From contig OZ076414.1 of NCBI GenBank assembly GCA_964187785.1, forward strand, positions 2,108,001-2,172,000: a stretch of DNA of 64,000 nt. Reading direction: 5' to 3'. The position numbers and the translations under genes were made by a program. The DNA comes from Amphiscolops sp. MND2022 (taxonomy: Eukaryota). Below, piece by piece: positions 1-14,006 of this stretch. The first letter of the stretch is position 1. Every line of letters starts with the position of its first letter. The notes under the pieces were generated by a model. The model was not told where the DNA came from. It did no database searches and saw only the letters and a program-made list of their open reading frames with translations.

Positions 1-1563
1 CTTTCAATCTTTATCTTTGCATTTGATCTTGGCAACCACGGACCATGTCATCAGGTACACCTTGTTGGGACTATCCCCCCCCCCAACACGAAAGCACTTT
101 TTGTTGTTGAATGAAAATATCTCACTAATAAGAGAATATTATATGAATGTAAATACTTAGAGGAGATACTTTTGTTTCTACAACTGTTTGGACACTTCAG
201 GCAAAAAAATTACCATAATTTTTTGATATTATTGTCCAAAATAGCAGAATTTACGTTTGGAACAAGCTAAAATTGTATAAAAAGGCTACGCAAATCGCAA
301 ATTTTGTCCGCTATAAAATCCTATGAGCAACTTTCAACTGACCGTCAATGTAATGGATAGGATTATGTCGACATCAATTATTTTATTGGACGAAAATTTC
401 AACGCACATGATGTCGACATAATAGTATTTGAACCTTCTGTCTTATCCCCCGCCGCAGTTTGGGGGGGGGGGGGGATAGATGACATGGTCCGAAACCAGA
501 AATTCTAAGAATTCTAAACGTTATCCATTTCACGTTATTCTCAACATTTCATGCTAGACCATTTCGACCTGTGCAATTTCAACCGCTCCTAATTGCAACC
601 TCAGCCTATTCCAATGTCAGTCAAAACTAATCTTGACTAATTGATCCGACGTCGTGTCGTCTAATGCGTGATATAATTATTTTAGGTCGCTTCCATTTTC
701 TTCATACCTTTCTAAAACCAAATGCGCTCATTTTACGCCACTTCTGATAACATGTTGGCTTCTTGATGCAAAATTATATTCAAGAAAGCCTGTTTGAATC
801 ATCAAAAACTATTGTAATGGAAAAACAACCGAGTTAGAAGTGATTAGCCAAAAATAGTTCAGGTTGAAATTGCGAAACGCTGAAATTATTAAAGATTGAT
901 ATGCCAACGGTTGAAGTTGCATAAAATGACATGCGCTGACACCATGATTCTAGCGCCAGTGAATTCAAAATAATGAACTTTTGGCAAAACCAAAATGGTC
1001 GAATTCGTTTCACTTTTCAATGTTTTTTTTCTTCATTTTTTCAATGTCAGCCACCGTATTTATGACTTTTTCATTGGAAAACTGTTCGATGCTTCTTTGC
1101 GAATCGCATGCACCTTTTTTTGGCCACTGTTTCATATTTGGGAATTTGATCCAAAAGGACACTACATGTTTTCTCGCAGTTTGTTCTTAGTGGTGGAGCA
1201 TGAAATGTACAACAATGTCGGTTGAGTTGTTACGTCACAAACAACGTGTTCACTGTTGCTGTGCAGCAGACACAGTTTCTACCCGTTCGGGGGTCGACCC
1301 CGCCCGGGCATGAACAGAAACAACAGGAAGGGAGACACCAAACAACCAGACATATTTTATTGGTTGCTATACAACAATTCATACACCCCTTTGGTCGTCT
1401 ATAGTGCGTGTGCCATAAACTCCCATCCACCATAGAAGAAATTAGAATCAGGGTTTGGAAAAAAATTGTGTTTAAAACGTTCAAAACATTAAAATTTTTT
1501 GTTCAAATTATGTTCTAGATATATCACATAAATAACTAACACTTATTGACACAAGAAGTGAGG

Positions 1564-1746
1564 TTACTGCATTAGGCAAAGACAGAAAGCAAGTTTGTTG
1601 GCTTTCTCAATTGAGAGTCGATTCCGTGTTTCGTTGTGGACGAAGCCCAGGGTGCTGAATATTCGTTCCGAGCCTGTCGAACTTGGAGTAAGAACCAGAA
1701 GCGCGGTGGCTGCTATTTTCTTGATGTCTTCCGCCAAATTGCCCAA
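1564..1746 (-). pseudogene. hAT transposase C-terminal dimerisation-domain fragment
   Basis: The translation contains SSTGSERIFSTLGFVHNETRNRLSIEKANKLAF, the typical hATC motif (SS..ER.FS.......RNRL). No upstream transposase ORF is present. Confidence 0.7.
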
Positions 1747-2044
1747 GACTACTCGAGATTTTAGGAACTTTAAAATATCTATAACTGAAATAGACTATTG
1801 AACAAAATGAATGTTTTTATTATTTCTGCGATAGCAGGAAGATTAATGAAACCTCAAGATGTCTACTTTTTTTCAGTAAAATTCTTGGCATGATACTGAA
1901 TAATTCAGATATTTTGTTCGGCAGTGACTATAAGCGTGAGAATTAAATTTCTCAAGCTGCCGACGACATTTTAATTCTCGGGCGATGGAACGAGCGAGTG
2001 GTAATTATGCATTCGTATGCTGACGTCATTGAAATGAAGCGAAC

Positions 2045-2246
2045 AAATCCGAATGCGAAACTTCGACTACGTTTAGTAGTTATATTTGCTTTAGTCCGAG
2101 ATTTAAAGGCGGTATAGACTAGTATAGTGATTAATTGTGCGCTAAATAAAGATTAAACAGGAGTGTATTGGTATTCCAGATATGATTCTATTATTAATGA
2201 AAGATTAAAGCAGAAATAATAGTGTGCCCCAGAGGGGCCTATTTTT
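2045..2246 (+). mobile_element. Second rolling-circle-like repeat family (~205 bp), also at ~9800-9900 (partial), 44879-45086 and 50129-50329
   Basis: Shared body (T)CAAATGCGAATGCGAAACTTCG...; 3' hairpin GCCCC-n3-GGGGC followed by CT(A/G)TTTTT; no TIR or TSD seen. Confidence 0.55.
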
Positions 2247-2583
2247 GTCATGTTTAAAACACTGCATGTTTTCAACATGCGAACCCTGATTAGATTGCCG
2301 ATTTATTCGAGAAGCATTTATTTAATAGTATGAACTATCCAACAATGCTCCAATGTACTTTGTAAAGCAGCTTTCCCGTCATTTTTTAGACAAGGGCCAA
2401 ACCAGCAAAAAATCTGTTTCTTGCTCTACTGTTGGAGAGTTTTGATTGTTCCAATAACAATGCTAATGGCAAATGTCATTGTTGCGATTGTGATTTTCTC
2501 CAAAATTTCTTAGCCATTTTTCGAAATTTCCCAAAAAAGTGATGGGAGTTTTGTCTACCGTACGTACCGCAGTTTCTCAGCTG

Positions 2584-2670
2584 CACGTGACGATTGATAG
2601 CTGTGACGTCATTGGCTAACTGGGCTGTGATTGGCTGTTGTCTAGCGGAGCTGTGAGTGGCTGCGATTGG
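2584..2670 (+). promoter_or_regulatory. Probable proximal promoter of the CASK-like gene: E-box CACGTG (2584), CRE TGACGTCA (2604) and three reverse CCAAT boxes (ATTGG at 2611, 2630, 2666)
   Basis: These motifs cluster within 100 bp upstream of the ATG of coding exon 1. Function is inferred from position only. Confidence 0.5.
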
Positions 2671-2684
2671 TGGATGAAGAGGCG

Positions 2685-2776
2685 ATGAAGAGGATGTTAA
2701 ATGGATATGAAGTGGAAGACGAAGAACCCGAATCCAGATTCGAGGCCGAATACAACATTACCAAACTACTCTACAA
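2685..2776 (+). CDS. CASK: CASK-like gene, coding exon 1 (MKRMLNGYEVEDEEPESRFEAEYNITKLLY-N)
   Basis: ATG at 2685 and donor AA|GTTAGT at 2777. Phase 2 joins exon 2 to give RFEAEYNITKLLYNGTFSAV, which aligns with CASK [20 protein letters not shown]. Confidence 0.75.
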
Positions 2777-3231
2777 GTTAGTGCCATCTACTACCACTAC
2801 TAGTCAATACATTGGGCAGTGTAATTCTTAGTTTCGCTATTCCGGCTGAAATTCAGTCGGTTGTTGGCAATTTTTTCGAATGCCTTTCTGTCGTCATTCG
2901 GTTTCTATTGTTTCAGCAACCTAGCCGCGCGGCTTCTCTATGAAAGTTGAAAGCATTTTCTGATGTTTTCCTCAACATTGATGTTTGTAGAAAAAGTTAG
3001 TTTAGAATGGAAAAAGTTTTGGAATCAATGTAAACTAAATCAAGAATAAAAATAAAAAGGAAAACGTTTTCGATGTAACAACATCATCATCAGTCTGAAA
3101 ATAAAAATATATCAGTAATAAACAGCTTCCATGACGAGCTGAGATTATAAAATAATTTAAATAAATAAAACAAAGTCCTTTGAACAGATGATTAATCACC
3201 ACAATAATATTCAATTTCTGCATCGAAGCTC

Positions 3232-3597
3232 TCACAACTTGACTGTAAGGGGGCAACTGGTGTACTCCTCTTTCCCATTAATCTCCGGTCGTAACATAAC
3301 AATATAAAATGACTCCAACGTAACAAGAGTAGAAACATTGTAATGTTTATCAATAATTTTCAAATCGTAGGATTGCAACGAACCACAAGTGCGTAGATGC
3401 TGTCCAACTGGTGCCTTCTCCTTAAGATGCTCATTTACACGGGTTTTCAAATGCCTGGACGTCTGCCCGACATAGCAAGCATTACAGCTTGAACATGTAA
3501 ATTGGTAAATAACCCTGCTGCTGAGCTCCTTTGGAGTAGCTGGCTTCAAACTGGGCAATGCTGTCTTTAATTTTCTTGTCGTAAAAATAACATTCAC
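3232..3597 (-). pseudogene. Penelope-like retroelement 3' fragment (GIY-YIG endonuclease)
   Basis: VIYQFTCSSCNACYVGQTSRHLKTRVNEH...E..I....PEIN is the PLE GIY-YIG signature with its CxxC. No RT lies upstream. Confidence 0.8.
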
Positions 3598-4561
3598 GGG
3601 AGCAGCTTTTCTGATCTTCTCTAAAGTTAGTTTAATTGAAAGTCATTACTTAACGCATTTAGTATACAAAACAAGCCGGGAATCAAGTCGGCTCCCCGCT
3701 CAAGGTTCAAAAAAGTAAAAAGTTTTTTAAATATGCAAAAGGACACCATTGTTAAAATTTGACCAGTTTTACAGAGCCAAAAATACCTGAAGGGATACAA
3801 ATAAGACTCGAAAACACTTTGTAGACAAAATGGGTCTTACAACTCTTCTTGTCTCTGGCCCTTGCATCTATACTATATGCGTTAACTGATGACTTTCAAT
3901 TAAACTAATTTGTATTTCCCAAGTTTTTAAAGCTATTTTCAGCCTGAATGTGTCATTGTTGACACTGTGTCTCTACGCCATTCAGACTTTGGCTATCCAC
4001 ACGCAATTTGGCTATTCTTAGAGAAAGTTTTCAAAGCCTCTTGGTATAGCCCGACTGTAGTAAGAACCACAGTTCTGGACGCCTCAAACCAGGGTATCTC
4101 GGAAACTTGAAGTATTAGACTGGAAGAAAAAACTAAAATTGAAACCATCTCAAACAATTTTTAGGAGTCGGAAAAAAATTTGACTACTGCAATCGTACCT
4201 TTTTCTTTTCTCTCGACCTTTCAATGAAAATTTCAAACTTCTCAACAAGTGTCCATACGATTCTAACGAAACTTTATACAGTCATTCTACACCTAGAGTC
4301 TACTTATGTGCAATGGCATCAAAATCGTACGACTGTGATGTGAGAAAAATAGCCAAAATTAGTCAAAAAATGACCGAAAAAGGCCAATTTTGGAGTTTTT
4401 TGATTTTCTCAAACTCTTTGGATTTACAAGAACTTCAATGGAGTCTTTCTACACCATATAAGAGCTTAATATGTGCAATTTTATCAAATTCGAATGACGG
4501 ATTCGAGCGAGTCAGAAGAAAAAGTCCTAATCCGACTCTTATAGCGCACATGCGGCTCTGA

Positions 4562-4934
4562 TTTTTAGTCGGCGCTTTTCTTAAGAAAAGAGTCGACTAT
4601 AGTCATGGCTTTTCGTCAGTGTTTTTTTAAAGACCAAAATAGACCTGAACTGACCAAAATAGTTCTACCAAAAGTTCTACAAAATTTACAGAAGACGCCA
4701 AAATGTACCTGGTGACCCAAAGAACTGAACCAAAAAGGTTTCCCGCGTAACATACAATACCGGACGAGACCAAAGGGTCCTCCCTTTGAGTTTTTTCGGC
4801 ATTGTGGGACTTTCTTCGAAAGAAAAAATTTCGTAAAAGTGTTCCCAATTCACCAATACTTGGAAATTTGAAGTCCTTTTGCTATTTTTGAGCCTTGGAT
4901 ATGGCGCCGACTTGGGCCGTTCCCGGCTCGTTTT
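4562..4934 (+). mobile_element. HINE/DINE-1-like (Helentron-type) non-autonomous element copy
   Basis: 5' TTTTAGTCGGCGC plus stem-loop; 3' GCGCCGACT sub-TIR, hairpin GCCG-TTCC-CGGC and T-run; no TSD. Confidence 0.7.
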
Positions 4935-6837
4935 ATTTTTTCCTTAATACCGTCTTGTGATTTTCAGCAGGGGTGATGCATAAACTATTCATTGTCTTCC
5001 ATCTTCAGCAGCTGTTGTGAACGTTTGAATTTCAGTGTGAAAATCAGAAGATTAAAGTAGACGAACATGTGTCATGTCATTTTAGGGCAGCATCGCTTGG
5101 GTCAAGTAAGTTTGGTGCCAACCGAAAGTTCCATTGATTGATGTCGAACTTATCTAACTTGTAATATACGGCTAATGTACGATTGTTTACTTGAATTGTC
5201 GAGCAAAAACTATAGTTTTATTGAAAGCAGTGATGTTGTGTTAAATCTGTTTAACAGATTTTTTACAATAACTGATTGAAAATTTTTTAAAACCGAGTCG
5301 CTTAAACCTATTTTCGTCATGAATCTGAATTCAACCATTTTTTCAAGAACTTTTTTGCGCATTAGGGTTTACTTTTGAGGCCATTTCCTCAAAGTTTTTG
5401 AAAACACAATCGGATGAGTGGTTGGGAGTTCAGAAAAGGTGCGGAAACTAAGCAAGACTGCCTTGAATTACTTGAACTCTTAAACCATTTCTGCAATACA
5501 GAAGTGACCAAAAATTGTTTTCAAAATTGCTTTAAAATTAGGTTTAAAAAATGATGAGCCATGGAATGAAATAGGCAAAAACAACAAAGATATGATATCT
5601 CTCAGTGCAAAAGATTACTGTTGCATTGAAAAGTGTGTGCAATGCAACTTAGTGATTGTAGCTCTGAGCCTGCTTCCGGTTGGCACTCCCGGTTGGATTA
5701 GATTGTGACAAACTAACTGTGCAACTGTTTTGGAGTTTTGCCTTTGTTTGCTAATCTCTAATACCGCAAATCAATCATCAATTAATGATTCATTATTAAT
5801 CCACCCATAATATTATCCTCTACTCAACAACAATACTCACAAATACTCCAAGATTTCAAACCTAAATTGCAGTTGTTCAGTTTTCTCAATTGTATAAAAA
5901 ATTTTGGGAATGAAAAAAATTGTCTCAAAGAAACACTTACACAAGCGTTCAACACTTGTCAACTTGTTTTTCTTACGTGTTTGAACAACTTTGGTAACCC
6001 GAAAAATTTCAATTGGGCTCCAAATGCGTTACTTTTTGAACAATTTTTGGTAGGATTGTGAATGAAGAGCAGAGCCAGCCACTTGCAATTGTGCTTGAAA
6101 CTGAAACTTACCTGTGGGTGGGTGGTTGTTTTGAATCGTGTCACAAACATTTGAACTTTTCACTCTCGACAACTTTGCTCCTTTTCTTGGATTTCTATCT
6201 ACTTTCTTTCTGCTACCCTCAGTCTCGTACTGAACTTGTTCTTTTCTCTTCTCCGTCCATCTGAAAAATCCTTAAATCACCTGTGAAGAGAAGTTTGAAC
6301 AAACTGTTTTTGCAAAACATCACTCTTGACTTGACTCGGAGAACACATGACAAACAAAATGGAAGCAGGATAGGTTCTTTTGAGAGAGAATTTTGAAGTG
6401 ATTTGCAAATCGTGAATTATAGCAGAGAATTATGTTTGGATCTCTTTCACTAAGCCCCCGCCCATTTTTGACTCGTTTCCATGCCCCTCCCCCTTTGTTC
6501 GTTTTGAGTTGCAAACCTCCACTCAGCCAATCAGAAGCGTTGGTACTTAATCAGGATTGGCCAATATAAAACATGTGTTTTTGAATAAAATACATTCCGA
6601 TCAAAGGTTTTTTATTTCATGAACATGTAATCGATGTAGACAGACAAGTAGGCGTCAAAATGGGCAATTTTATAAAATGTCACGTGAAAATAAAAGCCTA
6701 TCCTGTAGAATTACTGAAATTGGCACTCGAAATGGTATGCCTAGTCCATCCATTCTCATCTTCGCAACAGGCTTGGAGTTAAGAAAGTTGAAAAATTTAG
6801 TTTTGTGATTCGATATTCAAATGATATTGAAAAACTC

Positions 6838-7274
6838 AAAGAGAATTCTTTACACCCGTAGGGTGAGCTCCTGTGAAAAGAATTCTCTAGTGTAATTCTC
6901 TAGTGTACAGAATTAATGTGTATGACGCTGAAAATTTAATAAACGACTATCAAAATTTAAGAACCAATCCGGTGAAAGATTGAATTTTCTAAATAGACAA
7001 TCAAAATTTCAAAATCGACATCGAATTTTTAATAATCTCTCCGCAGACACTGCTCGCACGCAGCATGTAATTAACATTGAAAGTTGTAGCGCCGCTATGC
7101 AAAGCAGCATTTTCATCCTTTCTATAATCTTGAATGGCTCTTTGTGAAAAGTGGATTGGCTATTTTATTTAATTAACCAATCACAAACAAGCTGCTGCCG
7201 AGCGGTGGAAATTTTGAATGACGTTTATTAAATTATCAGCGTCATACACTGTACTAGTGTGAAGAATTCTCTTT
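6838..7274. mobile_element. MITE-like element with nested inverted repeats
   Basis: AAAGAGAATTCTT..ACAC at 6838 is inverted at 7257-7274; the inner IR GTGTATGACGCTGA..ATTTAATAAACG (~6919) is inverted at ~7222-7249. Confidence 0.45.
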
Positions 7275-7711
7275 GTGCTATTAGGCTAGATTAATAACTC
7301 TTTTTGCATTTTGTTTCCATGACATACACTCTTAGTGTAAATACTTTGTTTTTATATATTTTTCAGAACTGATGATGACATTAATTGTCGAAAACCTTTT
7401 TCCTCACTGATTGTTTTCTATTATAATGATATTGAATAAATTCATTCTTTCAGGCTTGTTTTCTGTTTGTTCCAGAGAATTTTAAACATGTTTTAAAACG
7501 TTTGTTTTGTGCAAAAATAATTTAAAACTTCGAATGGTCAACCCTGTACATATTACATGTATTTGAAAGTGTTTCACTTTGTCCTCCCTTTTTGCTATTG
7601 TATGGGGGAATAGTGAAAGAGATCCCTATGTGTTTTTAACCAAATCTACATGTATCAAGGCTGTGAATGAACGTGTAGTGTAATGGCATGTAATGTGTTG
7701 TTTGTGTTCAG

Positions 7712-7954
7712 TGGTACGTTCAGCGCGGTGTACGAGTGTGTGCACCGGCCGTCGCGGGAGAAGTTTGCGGTGAAGATAGTGGACGTACCGCGCTTCCTCA
7801 CCGTGCACTCGAAGGAGCAGCTGGCGAACGAGACCAAGATAGCGGAGCTGCTGCTCAACCACACGGACCCCTCCAAGCCCTGCAGACACCCCCACCTGGT
7901 CACGCCTCTGGACTGTCGCTCGGAGCACGCCAAGTACTACATGATCTACGAGCG
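7712..7954 (+). CDS. CASK: CASK-like exon 2 (kinase subdomains I-V: GTFSAV...FAVKIVDV...YMIYE)
   Basis: Acceptor TGTTCAG| and donor CG|GTGAGT; 243 nt, phase 2/2. FAVKIVDV matches CASK. Confidence 0.9.
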
Positions 7955-8281
7955 GTGAGTTGTTGAGTCGAGTTGAGTTGAGCACTCATGTAGGTAGTGC
8001 CATCCTTTCTTCACAATTACTACTAAACGGTGCTGCTTCAAAACAGACGGAGCCACGTTTTAAACTTCATGATTTTGTGACAAGTTTTTGAATTTTTCCC
8101 GCTTTTTGTGAGAACAATTGCATAAACAAATGTTATATTTCTGATGTTTACTTCCCTAAATCGCAAACATATGCCAACGACTTCACATGACTGCACTAGT
8201 AACATCTAACATAATCGTAATTGGGTCGAATCCCGGAGCTGCAACCGTAGTGGCACTGAAAATTTTCCAAGATGACTACCA

Positions 8282-8647
8282 TTTTTAGTCGGCGATTTTT
8301 CCTTTATAAAGAAAAAAAGCCCGACTATTACAGTGACAAGTTTTTTTCGACACACAACAATGTATGCGTAGTGGACACTATTTACAGAACTACTAAACTA
8401 CTGGACCGGCAAACGGAAACGCATCGAAGGTAGTGCAAAGGGTCCCCCTTTCATTTACTCCATTTTTAACGTAAGATACAAAACCGGACGAGACTATAGG
8501 GTTCGCTCTTTGAATTTTTTTTTGGCACTGTGCGACTTTTTTGATTTTTTGTCCCCCTTCCAGTTTTTTGGCCCTTTTACAATTTTAAAAACTTTGCGCT
8601 TTTTGAGCTTTAGATATATCGCCGACTTTAGACGTTCCCGTCTTTTT
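8282..8647 (+). mobile_element. HINE-like element copy
   Basis: Same termini; 3' hairpin AGACG-TTCC-CGTCT. Confidence 0.7.
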
Positions 8648-11600
8648 AAATAGCAAAAAAGGGCTTTGCGCCGGCGTTTTCCAATAATTTCTTCCATTTA
8701 TTTCAATTGTGGGTGTCCAAATTTGGTAGCAATGTTTTCCAATAATTATCAAGCAACGTATTTGTCACAGGAATTTGTCCGTCTTGAAAGTCTGTTTGGC
8801 AAGCATTTTGTGTCGAAATTCTTCAAGTTTTTTCGAGCAATGAATAACTGGTTTACCGTGGTGGAAAATTGTCATCTCGAACCATGGTTGCTTTGGATCC
8901 ATGAGTACCGATGGTACCAAGTAGGATCGCTAGAGTACCGTGAAGGAGTAAAAGTTTTTTAAATTCTTCGAACACATTTTTATTGTTCACTTCCTTTCAA
9001 TTTTTATGGCTTTGGTGTGACGTGTTCTTTCTCAAACCGGAAAGTTTTGAGGGAGAAAACACCTATCATTTTTTGAAATATATAAGCTTTGAGGTACCAT
9101 AAATTTTCCGTGAAAAGCTCAGACCGTGTTTCTTTGCTTCGTAGATCAAAATGAAAAAAATATTGTTTATTTATGAGGTTACCAGTGCTGCAATGTACTA
9201 CAAATGAATGAAAGCAAGAATTGAAATGGCGTCGACCCTGTAAAGAAAATACATGTTTTTGAATTATTGATAAATCAAAAATGAAACATGATTCCGTAGT
9301 TGGTGATAATTTTGATACTGGCTTGAAAATCTTGTTGCAAATTCAGTGAGTGTTTCTGCGTTAGCGTGTCTTCGTCAGATAAAAAATCTCGGCGTTTGTT
9401 TGAATTGAACTTTTGTCATTAGCGGGTTGGCTGAGACAAAATGAAAAAGATTTTTTGAATCGGATATTCTTTGGAAGGAACTATTATGAAAGGCAACACA
9501 TAAATAACTACAAAGTGTATCCAATACGGACGAAGAATGATCTCTTCAAGTTGGACGAGCGCAAGGTTGGGAAATTCTACTATTCTTAGAAGTCTGAGTT
9601 TTATGAGTGGAGATTTTTTTAAGGTTAAAATTACAATGAATATAGAACCTAATAGTTTTCGGTTATATACTTACTGCTCGCTCAACTTATATACGTGATA
9701 TTTGAGACTGCGTCATTCGTAAGTGTGCTTTCGTACGCCGAGTTATTGGGATGAAACGAACGAGTGTTAATTATTCGTTCGTTGAGAGCTTCGCCTGCAT
9801 TCAAATGCGAATGCGAAACTTCGTCTACGCTTAGTAGTTATATTTTCTTTAGTCCGATAAGAATTAAAAGCCGTGTAAACTGGTACAGTGAATAATTGTC
9901 GGCCAATGAAAACCGTTTTCTGAATCTTAGGGCGGCCCTCTTTGGATTCTTTTGGTCCTGGTCCTGTGCAACTGATGATAGTTTTCTCAATAAACCTTTG
10001 TTTTTTTTCGGCACTGTGCGACTTTTGTTTTTGGGGTTTTATTGTTTGAGGGAAAAGGCTGTTTTCGAGTCTCATGGGTATCTTTTCGTGTATTATTTTT
10101 CATCGTAAGTTTGATGAAAATTTTCACAAAGTGTCTCTTTAGATTTTTGAAACACTTTGCTCTGTTTGAACCTTGAGCGGTGCGCCGACTTGGGCCGTTC
10201 CCGGCTCGTTTGTGCGTGTACTAGTATCTATATCTAGTGAATGGGAACAGACGCGTCTTGTTAGTGAGTCGTTTATGGCTCCTCTAAAAATAGCAGCAAT
10301 AAGTGGAGCATGGCTCTTGTGTCGGTTCTATATCTGATTGTTTGTCAACGTACCATGGAATGTTTGTCATGGCTGCTGATAAGAAGGACGCACCCAATTG
10401 TCAACAGAGGCCGTTGAAATGTCAAGCGAGATTATTGGCAGCTAGCCGCCACATTAATTCAATCTCTTTCGTGCCATTCTCCAAGGTCATCGCTTTGTAG
10501 TTCATGCTTCGCTCAAGCTATTCTAAGCATATCCCTCTTTGGAAGAAATCAGGAGAAATGTGTTCTTTGCGTATCTAAAGAGAAGGAATTGATGTTCTTC
10601 ATGTAATATGAATAACTTGTTTTCATGAGAGTTTGGATGCATTTTCCCCGCTTTGGGGTTGATTGGATTCGCAGGGTTCAATTTTCTATTTCAACGTCCC
10701 AGAAAGGTTTGTTCGTTTCTGTAAGTTTGCAAACTGCTTAGAATGAGCTAACTCATTTTGAACCTATTTTTTGTTCAAATGACGCTCAACAACGCCTGTC
10801 GTGGGATCATTTGGTGTGAAAATCTGTCAAAGCGGGCGTTGATTTTTCTAATCTTTCTGGTATTTCAGTTTGGTTGCTGTTACAGGGTATTTTCAAAATT
10901 ATGGAAAAAGTAAATCGACGATATCTCATAAACCAAACATCAAAATGATGCGAAATTTTAAGACAATATCAAACATCTTATGGAAGTTTAACGCTGCGTT
11001 TTCGCAAACCGGAAGTAACTCTTCAATTGTTCACAACTTCCGGTTTTTCTTTCAAAACTGCACACTTGCAAATTACAATTAGAGTTAAAGCAGCGGTCTC
11101 CAATGAACAAATTCGATTCATCATTATTCAATATTGCAGAGTAGAATCTCCTACAGCTGTCAAACGTATTTTTGTACAGAATAGGGAATTAAAGGTCGGA
11201 CTCCAACCCTGTATCAACCTAAAGATTTCTTGCGAATTTGGCAAACGTTTCTGATATGCTGCTTTGGGGCTATGCGTTGAGCTTCGTGGAGAGAGAGAGA
11301 GAGAGTCCCCACAAAGCCTAGACCAGCTTATGGATGTCATCAAAAGATATTCGGTGCCGTTTTGGAAAATGAAGACATTGTAAGCGGTATTCAGTCGGTT
11401 AACACTTTTCCAACTCTGTTAGCGATATGTTGAGAACTGCCCTTGTGGTACAATGCATTTTCTTGTAATTGACGTTTTAGTTTTTCCATGTTTATGAAAA
11501 CACCCTGTACTTTAATTCAATTCAGCAGCGAAATTTAGATAATTGCCAAAACACGAAGAGCCAATTTTTTGCGACCTCAATGTCTCCAGACGCTTTCAGT

Positions 11601-12269
11601 GCTTCTCAACCAGAGCGAGATTTTATCTGTCTTGCGTTCGGTCTTTCTTCTACAGTAAGCGAGCGATTAGTTGCTGAGAGCTTCTATTGAAATTCAATAA
11701 CTTCATCTTCCAACTAAACTATATCGTCCAAAACTACATCGCACATGTTTTGATTTTTTCTGAAAAACGCAAACCAAGTAAGTTTCATCGAAAGCATCCG
11801 CTACTGGACTGCGGATTTGTTACTGCGGACCAAATGCTAGCAGGTAGTTGGCTCTTAACTGAGTGCTACTACGGAGTAAGCAATGAAAGTAACTACTAGT
11901 GAATCAAGAAACCAATAAGTTGCAGGGATTTTTCACAAAATTGCCGCTAACTGAAATCGAGATCATGATACACACGAATCCGACGGTGGTATTCCTCACC
12001 TTCTTCAGAAATCAGAATTGGTAAACGTTCCGGTGGAAGCTCCACAAAAGACCCAATTTTTTGCGATCCCAAAAACAAAGACCGGGAGTTTCGATGGATG
12101 GTAATTTGGCCCAGTTCAAAGAGGGACCACTTAGAGATGTGGTGCATTGGTGATGCGAGTGACTTTGATTTTGACATTGAACGTTCACTTTCACTGGGAT
12201 GAGTTTAAAGTGGTATGGAATGGGATGGGATGGGATGAGTGAATGTGAATGTGAATGTGAATGTTTCAG

Positions 12270-12344
12270 ACTGCACCATCGAGACATCTGCTTCGAGATC
12301 GAGCACAGAGTGGCCCAGTTCGTGTATGGAGAACACATAGCCAG
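12270..12344 (+). CDS. CASK: CASK-like exon 3 (LHHRDICFEIEHRVAQFVYGEHIA)
   Basis: TTTCAG|...AG|GTAGGA; 75 nt, phase 2/2. Aligns with CASK [21 protein letters not shown]. Confidence 0.85.
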
Positions 12345-12459
12345 GTAGGAGAACCACACATGTAGATTACACTGATACATCTAACACCCTACCATAATAC
12401 ATGTAGTCACGTGAGTTGTTTGTTGTGACGTCACTGATGTTGTTGTGTGGTTGTTGCAG

Positions 12460-12532
12460 ACATTACATGCGGCAGATTCTGGAGGCAGTGCGCTACATGC
12501 ACCTCAAGTCGGTGGTTCATCGAGACCTCAAG
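12460..12532 (+). CDS. CASK: CASK-like exon 4 (HYMRQILEAVRYMHLKSVVHRDLK)
   Basis: TTGCAG|...AAG|GTCAGC; 73 nt. Carries the HYMRQILEA and HRD motifs. Confidence 0.9.
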
Positions 12533-12584
12533 GTCAGCAGCTTTCATTTCTATTCCATCGCATTTCATTTCGCTCGATGATAGA

Positions 12585-12965
12585 TTTTTAGTCGGCGCTT
12601 TTCTAGGGAAAAGTGCCCGACACTTACAGTGGCTAGTTTTTTTTTTCTTTTTTTTTCGTCAGACTACAATCTCACTCTGATTGGGCCACTTTTCTTACAA
12701 TCGAAACTACTAAAACTACTACCATAAGGCCAAGTCCGGTCAGCGGAAATTACTGCAAAAGGGTCCCCCCTTTCATTTTTTACTTTTTTAACGTAACTTA
12801 CAAAACCGGACGAGACTAAAGAGTCCCCCCTTTCGACTTTTTTCGGCATTGTGCGACATTTTCTGAAAGAAAAAAATTCAAAAATTTCACGTTTTTTTTC
12901 AAAAAAAGTCTTTAACGCTTTTTGAGCCTTAGATATAGCGCCGACTTTAGACGTTCCCGTCTTGT
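12585..12965 (+). mobile_element. HINE-like element copy
   Basis: Same termini; closely related to 39610-40118. Confidence 0.7.
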
Positions 12966-13509
12966 CCATTTTGTCAAACTACTTACATCTTGCAATTCCC
13001 CAATATATTCATTTCCTCCCATGTATTTTGTTTCTATGGGCAAATATCTTTCAGCCGACATTTCATCCAAGTTTTGCTATCTGCTAATTTCATACTCAAA
13101 AAATATCGTTTTATCCGCGTTCAACGACTAAAAAACAAGGTTCTTTGAGAAGATATTCAAGAAGAACAAATTGATCAGGGCTGAAAAGGCTGTTTTTGAT
13201 TTTGACTTCAAGGTTTGACATTTTCATGCAATGTTCGAATGATTTTCGAACCTTCTTAATGGTTTTCGAATGGTCGGCATGAATACCCAGAGTTCAAAGA
13301 CAAAACAATATCTCTTTTAATTCTTGTCAACCGAAAGTAGTCATCATTCTAATCTCTGAAGGCGAAGCACCACGTGTGGGGCTTGATGTAGGGGGTTAGA
13401 AATTGAATGTTGTACAAGTTTTTTTTTACTTCCCTTTCTCACTATTGACCTAAATAAAAGGAAAAGACATGTGTAAGTTGTGTGTTATTGTGTGTTGTTG
13501 TGCGTGTAG

Positions 13510-13652
13510 GTCAGCTGTATCTTGCTCGCCAAGTGTGACCAGATCAAGATCGGGGGCTTCAGGGCGGCTGTGCGACTGCCCGAGAGGGGCTACATGCAGG
13601 ACTCGTACGCCCAGTCGGGCACTGTGCACTACATGGCCCCAGAAGTCATCAG
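13510..13652 (+). CDS. CASK: CASK-like exon 5 (VSCILLAKCDQIKIGGFRAAV...GTVHYMAPEVI)
   Basis: GTGTAG|...AG|GTACCA; 143 nt. Cys at the catalytic-loop Asn position and GF in place of DF are CASK hallmarks. Confidence 0.9.
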
Positions 13653-14006
13653 GTACCACTTACCACTTGTACATGTGCATGTCTTCACTACCACCCCCTC
13701 CCCCCTCTCTTGATAAATGAATAGTTATCATGTGAAATGTAGTTGTGTCGCTACCAATTTGAGGTGTATAGCAAAACTTCCAGTTGTTGGAAAGTTGGAA
13801 AGTGTCAAGAAAATTATTACACACCTATCTATCTGCGTGAAAACGGCCGCCGACCTTCCAAGTGAAGACCAAACAACGAGAGAGAAGACGATGCCCTTTA
13901 CTTTTTCTCTTTGCTTTTTGTGACTGTTCTCTGATTGAATTGAATTGAAATGAATGATTGGATGTCTCTAGTGGCTAGTGGAGTGTGTTGTGTTGTGTTG
14001 TGTTAG

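Noticed and set aside
7626-7985. Antisense and alternative-frame ORFs over CASK exons (also 13450-13659, 14499-14792, 15131-15450)
   Set aside because: They are shadows of GC-rich coding exons.
10300-12180. Coding-like minus-strand stretch, with a possible helicase-like GD..Q motif near 11130
   Set aside because: Many stops and no convincing second motif; it cannot be assigned without a search.
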